Shown: positions 62,292 to 64,000 of the stretch, in pieces
Layout: every line of letters begins with the position of its first letter
Numbering within the stretch: position 1 is the first letter of the stretch
Origin: Callorhinchus milii
Taxonomy: Eukaryota
Assembly (NCBI RefSeq): GCF_018977255.1
Contig: NW_024704742.1
Coordinates: forward strand, 2,110,001-2,174,000
Direction of reading: 5' to 3'
DNA length: 64,000 nt
Program-made: the position numbers and the translations under genes
The notes under the pieces: generated by a model
What the model was told of the DNA's origin: nothing
The model's database searches: none
The model's input: only the letters and a program-made list of their open reading frames with translations

Positions 62292-63594
62292 CAAACAAAA
62301 CAAGTCTTCCTTATACGACACGTTTCTGAATGGAAAAATCATTCAGATCGTCAAGATCAATTTCACGTGTGTTTACATTGGCAGGTGCTCCCTCCCCCAC
62401 CCCCCCATCCCCCCACCCCCTTCGGCTTTTGCTGCAGGTCTTCAGAGGGGCAGGGCGATGGGAGGACATAATCCACCCACATGCACACTTGATTGAAAAA
62501 TAAGAATCGTTTCAACAAATTATAGCTTCGGCAAGTGAGTTACGATTTAATTTTATCCCTGAATAGAAACAGTGACGGATTATCACTCCTTTAAATTGCC
62601 CCTTAACAGCGCACACATAAGCGAAAAGGCAGACCAGGTCGTACAGAACCTGTGACTGTGCTCAATATTATCAATAAAGGTTTTTTTTAATGTATAATGG
62701 CAAAACCACTTGTATTTTGCTCCTTTTTTTTCTGAAGGATTTCACCTCCATCACATCACTAATCACTAGCCGGTTTTAGAGCAATAGCAGATGATCTGCT
62801 TGCAGTCCACTCTCAATGTTCCTCCTGAGCCCCGAGACAGTTTCTAGTGATGCTTGTCATCCGGTACAACAGTGTCACCCACTTCATCTAACACCGCTCT
62901 CTTACTCACATTCCGAACCCTTCAATATTCCTCCTTGATAACCAATCGATCTAATTCTCTTCAAAAACAACTTGACGACAAGCCTTTGCGTGTGATGGTT
63001 CCACATCGGCAGTCTATTGTACGGTCTCACTGAAGGCTGCATTTTTTAAGTATATTTATGCGAGGTTTTCCCATTTGCTTCTGCATCATTAGCTTTAAGG
63101 TGGGTCTTTCACGCTGGTTAACTTTGCTTTATCACATATGCCATTTCTTCTTCCGCACTCTGGCACTATTCCCCAAAGTGTGTCCTGCAGGGTTTTTAAC
63201 CAAAGGATAGAGTTGTTTTTATGCGGTGATCTGGTCTCTCGTTTATTAAGTCAGTCTGTCTCTCTGCTCCGGTCCTGCTCCATTTTCATGTGTCTGCCGG
63301 CTTCTAGCGAGACAGTTCTCTTTGGTTATGACTGATTATGGACAGCTGCTGTTCATTTTTCAGTGCTCAGGACACTGGAGCGTTGCACAGATAAATTGCA
63401 ACCATATTCTACGTGACCAGAGCTCACGCTGTTCAAACTTTGTCGCCACAGAGCTCCTTAGCTGAGAATAAGCTCTGGTAAATCCCATTTTGCTGGGCTA
63501 TAGAGAGATTGACCTCCAGAGAATGTCTCCTGTTATGTGTACTTCATGCTGGAAGTGTAGGACTGGTACGTGCTTAGAGAGGGAAGATTTAGCA

Positions 63595-63990
63595 AATAAT
63601 AATAATCCTTACATTTGATATGGTGCTGTCTCACATTGTCGAGACATCTCAAAGCACTTCACAGGATTGTATTGTGTATTGCGACTGGTTATTTGAGGTA
63701 AACACAGCAACCAATCCGTGAAATGTCCCATAAACAGCCATCAAGTGAATAACCAGTTTTATATGGGGGATTGTTGGCCAGGACACGGAGTGAAACAACC
63801 TTCTCTTTTTAATAGTATCATGAGATCTTTAAATTCCACTTCAACAGGCAGACAGGACCTCAGTTGAACACCTCAAGACAGCTTCTCTGACAAAGCAGTG
63901 CTCCCCAATCGCTGAACTGGAGTGTCAGCCTGGACTGTGTGGTTCAAAGTCCCGACGTGAGGGTTGAACCTCCGACGTCCTGACTCAGAA
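63595..63990 (-). mobile_element. Deu-domain SINE, near full length
   Basis: Reverse complement: head GGTTCAACCCTCAC, GCTGACACTCCAG, AACTGAGGTCCTGTCTGCC, AAAGATCTCATG, tail. Confidence 0.8.
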
Positions 63991-64000
63991 TTGGGAATAC

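Noticed and set aside
1..64000. CRISPR arrays, prokaryotic operons, rRNA, known miRNAs, intact transposase or RT genes
   Set aside because: None seen by eye; the sequence is vertebrate repeat-rich non-coding DNA and the longest ORF is 206 aa and repeat-derived. An Rfam/miRBase search is needed to exclude small RNAs

Overview
Vertebrate genomic DNA, most likely a cartilaginous fish and plausibly a chimaera/holocephalan (inferred from the repeat repertoire, not from a search). I found no host protein-coding exon I can support; the window reads as a long intron or intergenic tract. The only recognisable ORF-track translations are C-terminal pieces of LINE ORF2 (L2 and CR1 clades). The window is dominated by: (1) a young tRNA-headed SINE with an L2-type tail and (TTA)n end, in a long CORE-like form and a shorter deleted form; (2) older Deu-domain SINEs; (3) a second ancient SINE-like family; (4) L2 and CR1 3' fragments; (5) one hAT-type MITE with a perfect 8-bp TSD; (6) a Penelope-like terminal region carrying an intact minimal hammerhead ribozyme core; (7) an unclassified three-copy GC-rich repeat with a conserved hairpin. 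Two CpG-rich candidate regulatory regions (about 8.3-9.5 kb and 51.3-51.7 kb) and several repeat-free CNE-like blocks are also present. The most interesting signals are RNA-structural: the hammerhead, an L2 whose ORF2 stop codon lies inside its own 3' recognition stem-loop, and SINE subfamilies whose tail loop matches that L2. Boundaries of old repeats are approximate (tens of bp), and family names come from recalled consensus sequences and need Dfam/Repbase confirmation.
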